Below are positions 1 through 9,252 of a stretch of 64,000 nt of DNA, piece by piece. The notes under the pieces are model-generated. The model was not told where the DNA came from, did not search any database, and saw only the letters and a list, made by a program, of their open reading frames with translations. The stretch comes from Terriglobia bacterium (GTDB lineage: Bacteria; Acidobacteriota; Terriglobia; 20CM-2-55-15), in assembly GCA_963664115.2 (NCBI GenBank), contig CAXWPJ010000006.1:256001-320000 (forward strand), in the 5' to 3' direction. The stretch's first letter is position 1, and every line of letters begins with the position of its first letter. Made by a program: the position numbers and the translations under genes.

Positions 1-130
1 TAACCTGACGAACAGTTACCGTCCAGGCAGCCCGGAAGCCCGCGTGGGCCGCAGGAACTTTGGTGTGACTCGGGCTTTGGGTGCCGACGATCCCCGGGTT
101 CTGCAGTTCGCTCTGAAGTTGGGCTTCTAA
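1..130 (+). CDS. 3' end of TonB-dependent receptor-like outer-membrane protein (partial)
   Basis: Frame from nt 2 reads ...RRNFGVTRALGADDPRVLQFALKLGF*, with a terminal beta-strand ending in Phe typical of Oar-like/TonB-dependent receptors; a terminator follows. Confidence 0.75.
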   Translation, partial: NLTNSYRPGSPEARVGRRNFGVTRALGADDPRVLQFALKLGF

Positions 131-153
131 CTTAGAGTTACAAACAGTCATCG

Positions 154-184
154 AGCGGCGGGGGCCCAGCCTCCGCCGCTTTTT
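154..184 (+). terminator. Intrinsic terminator
   Basis: AGCGGCGGGG-gcccagc-CTCCGCCGCT followed by TTTT. Confidence 0.8.
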
Positions 185-197
185 CGTGGGCTGGAAA

Positions 198-260
198 GGG
201 ACGGACACTTCCGTTGACATTTGGGCCTTATTGCGGTGTTTCGACTGAAGTGTCCGTCCC
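198..260. repeat. 63-bp REPIN/MITE-like element, copy 1
   Basis: GGGACGGACACTTC-N35-GAAGTGTCCGTCCC. Confidence 0.9.
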
Positions 261-412
261 ACCCAAGAGCTCACGCGACGTTCCCCGGTGGGGGTGGCAC
301 AGTGTCGCCGAATCGCGCTAATATACGAGTGTGCTCCGAGTCGGCGCCTTCATAAAATTGCTATCCTTTCGGGAACTTATAATTCAGCAAAGAGTGGTCA
401 GGAGAGTGTGAA

Positions 413-1276
413 ATGCGTTTTTGTCGTTTTGGAGAGGACCGTCTCGGTCTGGTCGAAGGTTCCCAGGTGCGGGATGTCACTGCGGCGCTCGATGTATTGC
501 CCGATTACCGGTATCCACTGCCCGTAGTCGATCAGTTCATCGTAAATCTCGACAAGGTTTCGGCAAAGGCAAAGGCCATTGCCGCGGATGCACCTCTCCT
601 GGATCTGGCAGGGCTGAAGCTCCTGAGCCCTGTGGCGAATCCCAGCAAGATCGTCGGTGCGCCCGTTAACTACCAGAAACATATCGACGAAGCCAAAGCC
701 GATGCCGGTATTAATTCTGGGAACCCGGCCAACCTGGCCCCGATCCAAAAGATCGGCCTGTTTCTGAAGGCCTGTAGCGCGCTGGTGGGGCCGGGCGAGG
801 GCATCGGTTTGCGAAAACTGGACCGCCGTAACGATCACGAAGTGGAGTTGGCCGTGGTGATGGGAAAAGCGGCGAACAGTGTGGCAGCGGCGGATGCGCT
901 CGATTACGTCGCCGGTTATGCTATTGGCCTCGACCTTACGATTCGGGGTCCGGAAGAACGTTGCCTCAGGAAATCTCCCGACAGCTACGCCGTTCTGGGT
1001 CCGTGGATCGTGACTGCGGACGAGATCGATGACCCGAACAACCTCGACCTGAAGCTTACGGTCAACGGTGAAGTCCGACAGGATTCCAATACGAAGCTCA
1101 TGATCCTCAACGTGCGCCAGCTTATCGAGTACGCGTCGTCTTTCTACACGCTGCAGCCCGGCGACATCATTATTACAGGGACGCCGGAAGGGGTCAGTCC
1201 TATCGTGCCGGGAGACACGATCGTTGCGACTATAGAAAAGATCGGATCCATGGAAGTTGCCGTGCGGGCCGCGTGA
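413..1276 (+). CDS. Fumarylacetoacetate hydrolase family protein
   Basis: KIVGAPVNY, LFLK, DHEVELAVV, GYAIGLD, LQPGDIIITGTPEGV motifs; AGGAG upstream. Confidence 0.93.
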   Translation: MRFCRFGEDRLGLVEGSQVRDVTAALDVLPDYRYPLPVVDQFIVNLDKVSAKAKAIAADAPLLDLAGLKLLSPVANPSKIVGAPVNYQKHIDEAKADAGINSGNPANLAPIQKIGLFLKACSALVGPGEGIGLRKLDRRNDHEVELAVVMGKAANSVAAADALDYVAGYAIGLDLTIRGPEERCLRKSPDSYAVLGPWIVTADEIDDPNNLDLKLTVNGEVRQDSNTKLMILNVRQLIEYASSFYTLQPGDIIITGTPEGVSPIVPGDTIVATIEKIGSMEVAVRAA

Positions 1277-1329
1277 TGAAAACAGGACACTTGTCAGCGG
1301 GACCTCTACGTGTCGGAGGGGTGTAAAAC

Positions 1330-2415
1330 GTGAAGGAATCGAAAGAACTCAAGGCCCAGGCCTTTTCCTTTCAGAAGCCTGAAGCGACAGAGGAACTGAA
1401 GGATTTCTACGACAGGCTGGGGGCCAGAAACATTGTGCCACTGTGGGAAATTCTCGGGGATGTACTAACAGCGTCGCCCACGACTCCCTGTGTGCCGGCC
1501 ATATGGCGTTTCGACGACATCCGGCCCCTCCTGATGGAAGCCGGAGACTTGATCACGACGGAGGAAGCCGAACGCCGCGTCCTGTCGTTGCAGAATCCCG
1601 GGCTGAATGGTCAGCCGTGGATCACGACGAGCCTGTATGCCGCTCTCCAGTTGGTCCAGCCGGGTGAAATTGCTCAGTCCCATCGTCACACCGCATCGGC
1701 CCTGCGATTCGTACTGGAGAACGGTGACGGTGGATACACATCGGTCGACGGCGAAAAAAGCACGATGCAGCCGGGTGATTTTGTTCTCACGCCTTCCTGG
1801 ACGTTCCATGATCACGGAAATCCCGGAGACAAACCTATCATCTGGATGGACGGTCTGGATGTTCCGATTATCAATATGCTGGGTGTTAATTTCGCGGAGA
1901 CCTGGCCCGAGCTGACCTATCCGGTGACCAAGACCGAGGGCGACGCCCTGACACGCTTCGGGAACAACCTTCTCCCTGTCGAATACAAGTCGTCATCTAT
2001 GGCAGCGCCGATTTTTAACTACCCCTATTCACGGAGTCGCGAAGTACTTGAGCAGCTCTATAAGAACGGTCCGGTCCATGAGTGTCACGGCGTGAAGTTG
2101 CAGTATGTGAATCCAGCTACCGGAGGGTACCCGATGCCGTCGATCGCAGGATTCATTCAGTTGCTGCCGCCCGGGTTCAAAGGAGAAGCGTACCGGTCGA
2201 CCGATGGTACGGTATATTGCCCGACCGAAGGCAGCGGGCGGACGACAATTGGCAACCATACCTACGAGTGGAAGGAGCACGACGTCTTCGTTGTTCCGAC
2301 ATGGTATCGGGTGACCCATGAAACTGAAGAGGGCGCAGTCCTGTTCAGTTTCTCGGACCGCGCGGCGCAGAAGGCCCTGGGTTTGTGGAGAGAAGAAGCC
2401 CCGATTCTCGCTTGA
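1330..2415 (+). CDS. gtdA: Gentisate 1,2-dioxygenase family (bicupin)
   Basis: AERRVLSLQNPG, SHRHTASALRF, TPSWTFHDHGN, WMDGLDVP, FSFSDR motifs. Confidence 0.88.
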   Translation: MKESKELKAQAFSFQKPEATEELKDFYDRLGARNIVPLWEILGDVLTASPTTPCVPAIWRFDDIRPLLMEAGDLITTEEAERRVLSLQNPGLNGQPWITTSLYAALQLVQPGEIAQSHRHTASALRFVLENGDGGYTSVDGEKSTMQPGDFVLTPSWTFHDHGNPGDKPIIWMDGLDVPIINMLGVNFAETWPELTYPVTKTEGDALTRFGNNLLPVEYKSSSMAAPIFNYPYSRSREVLEQLYKNGPVHECHGVKLQYVNPATGGYPMPSIAGFIQLLPPGFKGEAYRSTDGTVYCPTEGSGRTTIGNHTYEWKEHDVFVVPTWYRVTHETEEGAVLFSFSDRAAQKALGLWREEAPILA

Positions 2416-2605
2416 CGGTCATTCGAACCCTACCGTGTTCCGGCCTTACCTTCAGGGCCACTCGTGTAACGAGTTCGAATCACCTCACGACTCTTGAATG
2501 TCGGATGTCATGGGACTAGGCTTAATTCAGCGGCACACGACACCGCCACTTCGTGTGCGGAGTCAATAGAGTCACAGGGACAGTCTCTGATTTGAGGGGG
2601 AACTC

Positions 2606-3001
2606 ATGAAATCTAAAATTCTTGTTCTGCTTGTCGCTGGAATATTGGTATCGGGCGTGGCGGCCTATGCCCACCACTCCTTCACAGCGACTTACGATGA
2701 AGATGGATTGGTCGAGATTGAAGGGGAGTTGGTGCAGTTCCTTTTCCGCAATCCCCACTCCTGGGTCCATGTGATGGCTCCGGATGAAAATGGCGATTTG
2801 GTTCGCTACGGCGTCGAATGGGGTGGAGCCGGCCAGTTGGCGGGCGGCGGCGTGACCCGGTCTACGCTGAGGCCTGGCGACCACGTCATTATTAGCGGTA
2901 ACCCGGGGCGCAATCCTGCGGATCATAGAATCCGGATGCGGAGTCTCCGGAGGACGTCCGACAATTTTGGTTGGGGATTTGAAGGCGAAGACTTCGACTA
3001 G
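2606..3001 (+). CDS. Exported DUF6152-family protein, copy A
   Basis: Signal peptide ending AYA followed by HHSF; FRNPHSW, VEWGG and LRPGDHV motifs. Confidence 0.85.
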   Translation: MKSKILVLLVAGILVSGVAAYAHHSFTATYDEDGLVEIEGELVQFLFRNPHSWVHVMAPDENGDLVRYGVEWGGAGQLAGGGVTRSTLRPGDHVIISGNPGRNPADHRIRMRSLRRTSDNFGWGFEGEDFD

Positions 3002-3155
3002 AGCTAAGCTTCACCCCTGCTGATCCCAGCAAAACGAAGACCATAGGGCACGGTGTCCGCGTATTCGAGGATGCCGTGCCCTTACGCCGTTTTGGTACCA
3101 TTTTGATGAAGCCAATCGGTCGTGTCCGAACAGACAGCCGGGCGCTCCGAATGCC

Positions 3156-3228
3156 CTAGCCCCACCCGAGGTGTCCTGATGGTGACTGTGACGCTTCGCG
3201 GCGACAACCCGTGAGAAATGCGGGCTAA
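3156..3228. repeat. Short element with imperfect terminal inverted repeats (possible MITE/IS scar)
   Basis: CTAGCCCCAC ... GTGAGAAATGCGGGCTAA; related CTAGCCCACATTTT at 16619. Confidence 0.35.
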
Positions 3229-3247
3229 GACTTTTGCAATCAAATTC

Positions 3248-3276
3248 TTGACAAAGGATGTGCGGCTGTAGATAGT
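3248..3276 (+). promoter_or_regulatory. Putative sigma70 promoter
   Basis: TTGACA-17 nt-GATAGT upstream of the CDS at 3409. Confidence 0.5.
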
Positions 3277-3408
3277 GGGGTGTCGCGCCTGTTTTCGGGA
3301 TAAAAGCGGCTGTTTTGAGGCGCAGAGGTCACCCGAGAATCGTGTCGCGCCCCAAGGGGGAAAACGCCGCTCGTATTCGGAAGCTCAACCGCCGAACCGG
3401 AGGATTAA

Positions 3409-4341
3409 ATGGATAAAGTCAGCCAGGCCAGGATTGTCGCTCCAGCGCTTCTGCTGGGTGCAATGCTGATTGTCGTGCCCGCCTTTGCGCAGACGGATTT
3501 GTCCGGCGAATGGAGGGTTGTCAGAAGTGAAGACAACTTTCACAATCCTTACAACGGAGATACGGGAGGCCTTCCGATGAACGCATCCGCGTTCAGGAGA
3601 GCCGACAGTTGGGACGCCTCGATCCAGTCACTGCCCGAATGGCAGTGTCGTCCCCACTCGGGCGCGTACATCACACGCGGTCCTTCAGCTCTGAAAATTT
3701 TCAAGCAAGTCGATCCTGTATCCCGGGAAATCGTTGCGTTCCATACCGAATGGTTGCGTTCAATCGACAATCCAATCTGGATGGACGGACGCGGGCATCC
3801 CTCAGAGTTAGCGCCGCATACCTGGTCGGGCTTCTCAACCGGCGAGTGGCAGGGCGATGTGCTCAAAGTGACGACGACGCATATGAAAGAGGATTATGTC
3901 CGGCGGAATGGCCCGCCTCAGGGCGACCGAACCACTATGACCGAATACCTGAGCCTCCGGTCGGTTGGGAATGAGGACTTTCTGTCCTGGACCAAGGTCG
4001 TATACGACCCCGACTACCTGACTGAGCCGCTCGTCCGAACAACGGAGTATATTCGGCGCCCGAACGCCCAAGTACCGCCTTATCCGTGTACGATCGTCAC
4101 GGAAGTGGACCGGCCCAAAGGCTATGTGCCGAGCTGGTTCCCGGGTGAGAATCCGCATCTTGGAGAGCACGAAGAACACCTCGGTATACCCGCCGAAGCC
4201 AGCCGGCAGGGAGCCATCACGATGTATCCTGAGTTTCGGCAGGTCATCAAAGAGAACGGCTGGGAAGCGCGCCGCTTCGAATCAAACACGCCGGCGTTCG
4301 AGCAGCAACAAAATCAGCCGGCACCGCCGCAGCAACGATAG
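3409..4341 (+). CDS. Exported hypothetical protein (DUF6152-associated partner A)
   Basis: Signal peptide (AFA|Q), DLSGEW, WQCRPH, GFSTGEWQGDVLKVTTT, DPDYLTEP, PYPC; GGAGG RBS. Confidence 0.85.
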   Translation: MDKVSQARIVAPALLLGAMLIVVPAFAQTDLSGEWRVVRSEDNFHNPYNGDTGGLPMNASAFRRADSWDASIQSLPEWQCRPHSGAYITRGPSALKIFKQVDPVSREIVAFHTEWLRSIDNPIWMDGRGHPSELAPHTWSGFSTGEWQGDVLKVTTTHMKEDYVRRNGPPQGDRTTMTEYLSLRSVGNEDFLSWTKVVYDPDYLTEPLVRTTEYIRRPNAQVPPYPCTIVTEVDRPKGYVPSWFPGENPHLGEHEEHLGIPAEASRQGAITMYPEFRQVIKENGWEARRFESNTPAFEQQQNQPAPPQQR

Positions 4342-4447
4342 TTACTATGGGGCTGGCAGAATGCGGTGAGTCCCGAAAGGTTTCGAAAGCCTGCGGAACT
4401 TTCTATTTCGGGAACAACTCTTGTAATACAGTAGGTTGGAGTCATCG

Positions 4448-5572
4448 ATGAGGATAATCACCTTGAAAACCTCTGCCGGTTTGCGTATCGCGCTGATGTG
4501 CGCTGCCCTCACTCTGCTCGCAGGAGCTGGCCTGGTGGAACGTGCACCGGCCCAGCAGAACGCCGAAATAGAAGTCGTCCATGTGCAAGGCAACATCTGG
4601 TTGTTTGGAGGAGTCGGTGGCAACGTCGTTGCTTCCCTCGGCCCTGACGGCGTCCTGTTAGTGGATGCTGGCCTCGAACCACGGGCGCCGGCATTGTTAG
4701 ACGCGATCGGGGAACTGCAACGGGTACTCGATTTTGGGAGCGCACCGGCCCCCGCACGTTTCGGGGGAGCGGAGGGTTTGAAGACGACGCCGACCTACAC
4801 CCGCGCGCCGCCGAAACCGATTCGTTACATCATGAACACCCACTACCACCCGGATCACACGGGCGGCAATCAAACGCTTGCCGCTTCCGGAATAACCTAC
4901 GCGGGGGGTAACGTTGCGGGCAGCATCAACGACGCGGATTTCGGTGCTGCGGTCTACGCGCATGAAAATACGCTCTTCCACATGGTGGATATGGACGTTC
5001 CGTTCCGCGGCCTGCCGACGGACACGTACTACAAAGAATTCTATAAACTCAGCCACTTCTTCAACGGCGAGGGCGTGCGTTTGGTTCACCAGCCGAATGC
5101 CCATACCGATGGCGACAGCCTCGTGCACTTCCCGCGATCCGACGTCATCGTTGCGGGAGATATTTTTTTGACGACGAGCTATCCGATCATCGATGTGGAC
5201 CATGGGGGGCATGTCAACGGTATCGTCGACTCCTTGAACTACATACTCGACCTGGCCATCGCATCATTCAGAATGGAAGGAGGCACCTTGATCGTTCCCG
5301 GTCATGGAAGAATCAGCGATTCGGCCGACGTCGGCTACTATCGGGATATGGTGACGATCCTCAGGGACCATATTCAAATTATGATAAGCCGGGGCATGTC
5401 GCTCGAAGAAATAAAGGCAGCACAACCCACGCTGGGTTACGATGGCCGCTATGGCTCGGACACGGGTTTTTGGACGACTGACGACTTTGTTGAGGCTGTG
5501 TACCGGAACCTGACCGAAACCCCGGGGCCGATCCTGTATCCGGGATTAGCACCATACCCTTCGACGTTCTGA
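4448..5572 (+). CDS. Exported MBL-fold metallo-hydrolase
   Basis: THYHPDHTGGN (HxHxDH), AHTDGD, AGD, PGHG; signal peptide; start moved to the ATG after GGAG. Confidence 0.9.
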   Translation: MRIITLKTSAGLRIALMCAALTLLAGAGLVERAPAQQNAEIEVVHVQGNIWLFGGVGGNVVASLGPDGVLLVDAGLEPRAPALLDAIGELQRVLDFGSAPAPARFGGAEGLKTTPTYTRAPPKPIRYIMNTHYHPDHTGGNQTLAASGITYAGGNVAGSINDADFGAAVYAHENTLFHMVDMDVPFRGLPTDTYYKEFYKLSHFFNGEGVRLVHQPNAHTDGDSLVHFPRSDVIVAGDIFLTTSYPIIDVDHGGHVNGIVDSLNYILDLAIASFRMEGGTLIVPGHGRISDSADVGYYRDMVTILRDHIQIMISRGMSLEEIKAAQPTLGYDGRYGSDTGFWTTDDFVEAVYRNLTETPGPILYPGLAPYPSTF

Positions 5573-5697
5573 CGATGATTTGAGAAATGTCGACCAATCG
5601 ATGTTTCAATGAGCAGATAAACTGAATACAGAATATTACGGATAACTCACTTTTAATTTTATGTAAGAGACCGCCATTGTTTTAGGAGGAAGACCCG

Positions 5698-6093
5698 ATG
5701 AAGTTCAAACTGATCGCCCTTGCGCTTGCTGCCATGTTGGTGTCGGGTGTGGCTGCCTACGCTCACCATTCGTTCACCGCAACCTACGATGAAGATGAAT
5801 TGGTCGAGATCGAAGGGGAGTTGGTGCAGTTCCTTTTCCGCAATCCGCACTCCTGGGTCCATGTGATGGCTCCAGATGAAAATGGCGAGATCGTTCGCTA
5901 CGGGGTCGAATGGGGTGGAGCCGGCCAGTTGGCGGGCGGGGGTGTGACCCGCTCCACGCTGAGACCCGGCGACCACGTCATTATTAGCGGTAACCCGGGG
6001 CGCAATCCTGCGGATCATAGAATCCGGATGCGAAGTCTTCGACGGACATCTGACAATTTTGGATGGGGATTTGAAGGCGAGGACTTCGACTAG
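5698..6093 (+). CDS. Exported DUF6152-family protein, copy B
   Basis: Predicted mature part differs from copy A at 3 of 109 residues; AGGAG RBS. Confidence 0.85.
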   Translation: MKFKLIALALAAMLVSGVAAYAHHSFTATYDEDELVEIEGELVQFLFRNPHSWVHVMAPDENGEIVRYGVEWGGAGQLAGGGVTRSTLRPGDHVIISGNPGRNPADHRIRMRSLRRTSDNFGWGFEGEDFD

Positions 6094-6214
6094 TTTTAGA
6101 GATCTTGATCAACATCTTTCTGGATAAAGTAGAGATGAGAGGGCGATGGGCCCCCCGTGGAATTATGCCCGCCGCTCGGGTGCCGGAGGATGCCCGAGTG
6201 CCGGAGGAGAAAGA

Positions 6215-7009
6215 ATGATTCACAGAGTCCCACCAAAGACCGCTCTGTTGGCGTTGGCGGTTGTGGTGGTCATTGCACTTGTTGCGGGAGTGCCGGATGC
6301 ATCGGCCCAGACAGGCGGCGGTGAGGCGCCACAGAGTGCGAGAGACGCGGCCCCGATCGATCTCGGAGGGTACTGGGTGTCTTTGGTCAACGAGGATTGG
6401 CGTCATCGTATGTTCACGGCGCAGGTTGGTGATTACGATCTCGTGCGTCTAAATGCCGATGGTCGCCGTATGGCGGACGCCTGGGTCCAAGAGGCGTCGC
6501 CGACGGGAGACGACTGTCTAATGACCTATGGTGCGGCGGGTATCATGCGCTTGCCTGGCCGGTTGCACATCGATTGGGCCGACGACAACACACTGCAAGT
6601 CGACCTGGATGCCGGAACTCAGACCCGGCAGTTCTTTTTCGGAGAATCCGAATCGCCAGGTGGGCAACCGACCCGGCAAGGCTATTCCGTAGCTCGGTGG
6701 GAGACCTCCGGCGGCTCGGGGCGAGGCGGCGTGTCCATGAACGACATTCCATTGGGCGGACACCTGAAGGTGGTGACAACCAACCTTTCGGCCGGGTATC
6801 TCTTCAAGAACGGAATCCCGTATAGTAGCGACGCAGTGATGACCGAGTTTTTTGTCCCCATCGTGGAACCGGATGGTAGTCAGTACGTCTTGGTTCAGAC
6901 CTTTGTTCAGGATCCGACTTATCAGACCCAGACCTTCGTGCGGACGCTGACCTTCAAGAAGGAATCCGACGGTCGGAACTGGAATCCGACGCCCTGTACT
7001 GAGTACTAA
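6215..7009 (+). CDS. Exported hypothetical protein (DUF6152-associated partner B)
   Basis: Signal peptide (ASA|Q), APIDLGGYWVS, GYSVARWE, LKVVTTN, DPTY, PTPC; shares motifs with the 3409 protein; GGAGGAG RBS. Confidence 0.85.
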   Translation: MIHRVPPKTALLALAVVVVIALVAGVPDASAQTGGGEAPQSARDAAPIDLGGYWVSLVNEDWRHRMFTAQVGDYDLVRLNADGRRMADAWVQEASPTGDDCLMTYGAAGIMRLPGRLHIDWADDNTLQVDLDAGTQTRQFFFGESESPGGQPTRQGYSVARWETSGGSGRGGVSMNDIPLGGHLKVVTTNLSAGYLFKNGIPYSSDAVMTEFFVPIVEPDGSQYVLVQTFVQDPTYQTQTFVRTLTFKKESDGRNWNPTPCTEY

Positions 7010-7176
7010 GGCGTTCATGGAGTCATCCGGCAGGAGCCTGCCGGTTGGAGTCTAAATCTTCTTTGGGCTGTAGAGGAGTATCTGAAGTGAACGCGTTTTT
7101 TGAGCTGCTCTTCTTGCGCTCTCATCTGAAACTGTTTCGCTGTGAATTTTACACACTAACGAAAGAATAAAATAAT

Positions 7177-7668
7177 ATGGATTTTTTGCTGTGGCTTGAA
7201 ACGACTTCTCTCGGAACGTGGGTGCGCGAGTCGCCCTCCTTGTGGGCTTATCCCAGCGTTCTGTTCCTTCACTCGGTTGGCCTCGCATCCCTCGTAGGTA
7301 TCAACGCCGCAGTTGACTTGCGCGTCCTCGGCTTTGCAAAGGGCATCCCTTTAAAGCCGCTTTCGCAGATGATCCCGCTGATGTGGGTCGGTTTTGGAGT
7401 GAACGCTGTTTCGGGGCTGATGCTCATTCTGGCCAGCGCGTCGACATTACTGCTGAACCCGACTTTCTGGGTGAAGATGTTATTCGTCACGGCGGCTGTG
7501 GTAACCATATGGCTGATGGACAAACGGGTGTTTGCCAACGCAGACGAGGGGGCCATACCCATGGAAAGCAAGGTCCTGGCGGGGGTCTCGCTCTTCTGTT
7601 GGACTGGAGCCATGGTATCGGGCCGGTTGATTGCTTACCTGGGTCCGGAAGCAGGGTTCCTGGTTTAA
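7177..7668 (+). CDS. DUF6644-like 4-TM membrane protein
   Basis: WLETT..GTWVRES..AYP..LFLHSVG...DLRVLG, NPTFWVKM, SLFCW....GRLIAY. Confidence 0.8.
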   Translation: MDFLLWLETTSLGTWVRESPSLWAYPSVLFLHSVGLASLVGINAAVDLRVLGFAKGIPLKPLSQMIPLMWVGFGVNAVSGLMLILASASTLLLNPTFWVKMLFVTAAVVTIWLMDKRVFANADEGAIPMESKVLAGVSLFCWTGAMVSGRLIAYLGPEAGFLV

Positions 7669-7808
7669 CAAGCTCGTAGCTGGCCAACAGCGAACGGGTC
7701 CGCCGTGATCGTTCGGCGGGTCCAGCGTCCGCAATTCATCGGCGCTGTTGTTTCACCGCAAGGTGGATTAGCAGCGCCGATTGGCATATCGGGGAATTAT
7801 TCGGCAGC

Positions 7809-8813
7809 ATGACCGTGCGTGTCGCAGCGATCGGGGTGAACCATTGGCACTCCCTTTACGACATGGCATACCTGCCGCAGTTGCAGAAAATGCCGGGAGT
7901 GGAGATCGTTGGCATTCACGACGACGATAACGGCATAGCGACCCACAGGGTCGAGGCTCTGGGTGGTGGTATTCCGATGTTCACCCGCTACAAGGCCATG
8001 CTCTCCGAAACCCGGCCCGATCTGGTTTTGGTTCTGGATAGACACGATAAAATGGCGGCGATCGCGGAGGATCTTCTGGATCGCCCGATGCCGTTCATTA
8101 TCGAAAAACCGGCGGGTTTCAACGCGGAGCAACTTCGGCGTTCGGTCGACAAAGCGGACGCTCCCGACCGGTTTGCAGCCGTTCCGTTCCAGCAGCGTTA
8201 CTCTCCTTTGATCGAACATGCCCGCAGATTTCTCGACGATGGATCACTCGGTCCGATGCGGCACTTCTACTCCCGGTTGAACCGGCCGACTTCGGCCCGC
8301 TATCCACCCTGGGGTTCGGGCTGGATGCTGGATCCTGAATTTTCCAATGGTGGTTGTCTTCGCAACCTCGGGGGCCACGGGCTGGATTGCTTCGTGTACT
8401 TGACTGGGGAAAGTGAAGACATCGGTGTGACCGGAGCGCAACTCAGTTGGAGCACGCACGAGCAAGCGGTCGAAGACTATGCCACCGTAATGCTGAGCAC
8501 CGGGCGGGGTGTACTGGGTACGATCGAAGTCGGCAACGTGTTTCCTTCCGACGGCCGTGATGCGGAAATGAAGGTCGATTTTCAGGAGGGTATTTTGAAA
8601 CTGGAGGGTAGCGCCGTCCGGCTATACACAAAGTCCGGTTCCCAGACGCTCCCGGTTCTGCCTGATCCACCATCGATCCTCGAAAAAATAGTCGGGGCTT
8701 TGATTGCCGGGGACCGGCCGCCAGTGGGTATCCGCGACTGTTATCTTGCAGTGCGCCTCATCGATCAGGCGTATGTCGCGGCCGGCAATCCATACGGAAC
8801 TGCGTCCGTGTAA
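7809..8813 (+). CDS. Gfo/Idh/MocA family oxidoreductase
   Basis: N-terminal Rossmann fold, IEKP, GGCLRNLGGHGLD, VEDYA. Confidence 0.9.
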   Translation: MTVRVAAIGVNHWHSLYDMAYLPQLQKMPGVEIVGIHDDDNGIATHRVEALGGGIPMFTRYKAMLSETRPDLVLVLDRHDKMAAIAEDLLDRPMPFIIEKPAGFNAEQLRRSVDKADAPDRFAAVPFQQRYSPLIEHARRFLDDGSLGPMRHFYSRLNRPTSARYPPWGSGWMLDPEFSNGGCLRNLGGHGLDCFVYLTGESEDIGVTGAQLSWSTHEQAVEDYATVMLSTGRGVLGTIEVGNVFPSDGRDAEMKVDFQEGILKLEGSAVRLYTKSGSQTLPVLPDPPSILEKIVGALIAGDRPPVGIRDCYLAVRLIDQAYVAAGNPYGTASV

Positions 8814-8856
8814 CATCGACGTGTCTCGTTTGAACGGCTGACGAAGGAGGGCCGGG

Positions 8857-9159
8857 ATGGTCAAACACATTGTTATCTGGAAACTGAAAGATAGGGCGAA
8901 CGGACAGGGCAGGGACGCGAACGCGGCGGCGATCAAGGAAAAGCTGGAAGCTCTGGTCGGAGTCGTGCCGGGGCTTCTAAAAGCTGAAGTCGGTTGCGAT
9001 TTTCGCGGGTCCGGGGAGTCCGCGGATGCCGGCCTGTACTCTGAATTCGAGTCCCGGGAGGCGTTCGAAGCGTTTCTCACCCATCCTGCCCACAAAGCGG
9101 TTCAGCCCTTTGTGAAAGAAGCGCGTAGCGAAAGGGTGATGATCGACTACGAGGTGTAA
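8857..9159 (+). CDS. Dabb family (stress-responsive A/B barrel) protein
   Basis: MVKHIVIWKLK...HPAH...DYE. Confidence 0.9.
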   Translation: MVKHIVIWKLKDRANGQGRDANAAAIKEKLEALVGVVPGLLKAEVGCDFRGSGESADAGLYSEFESREAFEAFLTHPAHKAVQPFVKEARSERVMIDYEV

Positions 9160-9178
9160 TGGGGAGAGAGGCCGAGAG

Positions 9179-9241
9179 GGGACGGACACTTCTTGCTGCA
9201 TCATTGCCTGAACGCTATATTTTGACTGAAGTGTCCGTCCC
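9179..9241. repeat. 63-bp REPIN/MITE-like element, copy 2
   Basis: GGGACGGACACTTC-N35-GAAGTGTCCGTCCC between convergent stop codons. Confidence 0.9.
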
Positions 9242-9252
9242 TCCCTTCCCTC

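Noticed and set aside
4365-4402. GAAA-containing hairpin as a c-di-GMP-I riboswitch
   Set aside because: Lacks the GGCAAAC...GACGCAAAG core and the second stem; only a small hairpin
6174-6210. Two 18-nt tandem repeats upstream of partner B
   Set aside because: Only two imperfect copies overlapping the RBS; probably a local slippage duplication
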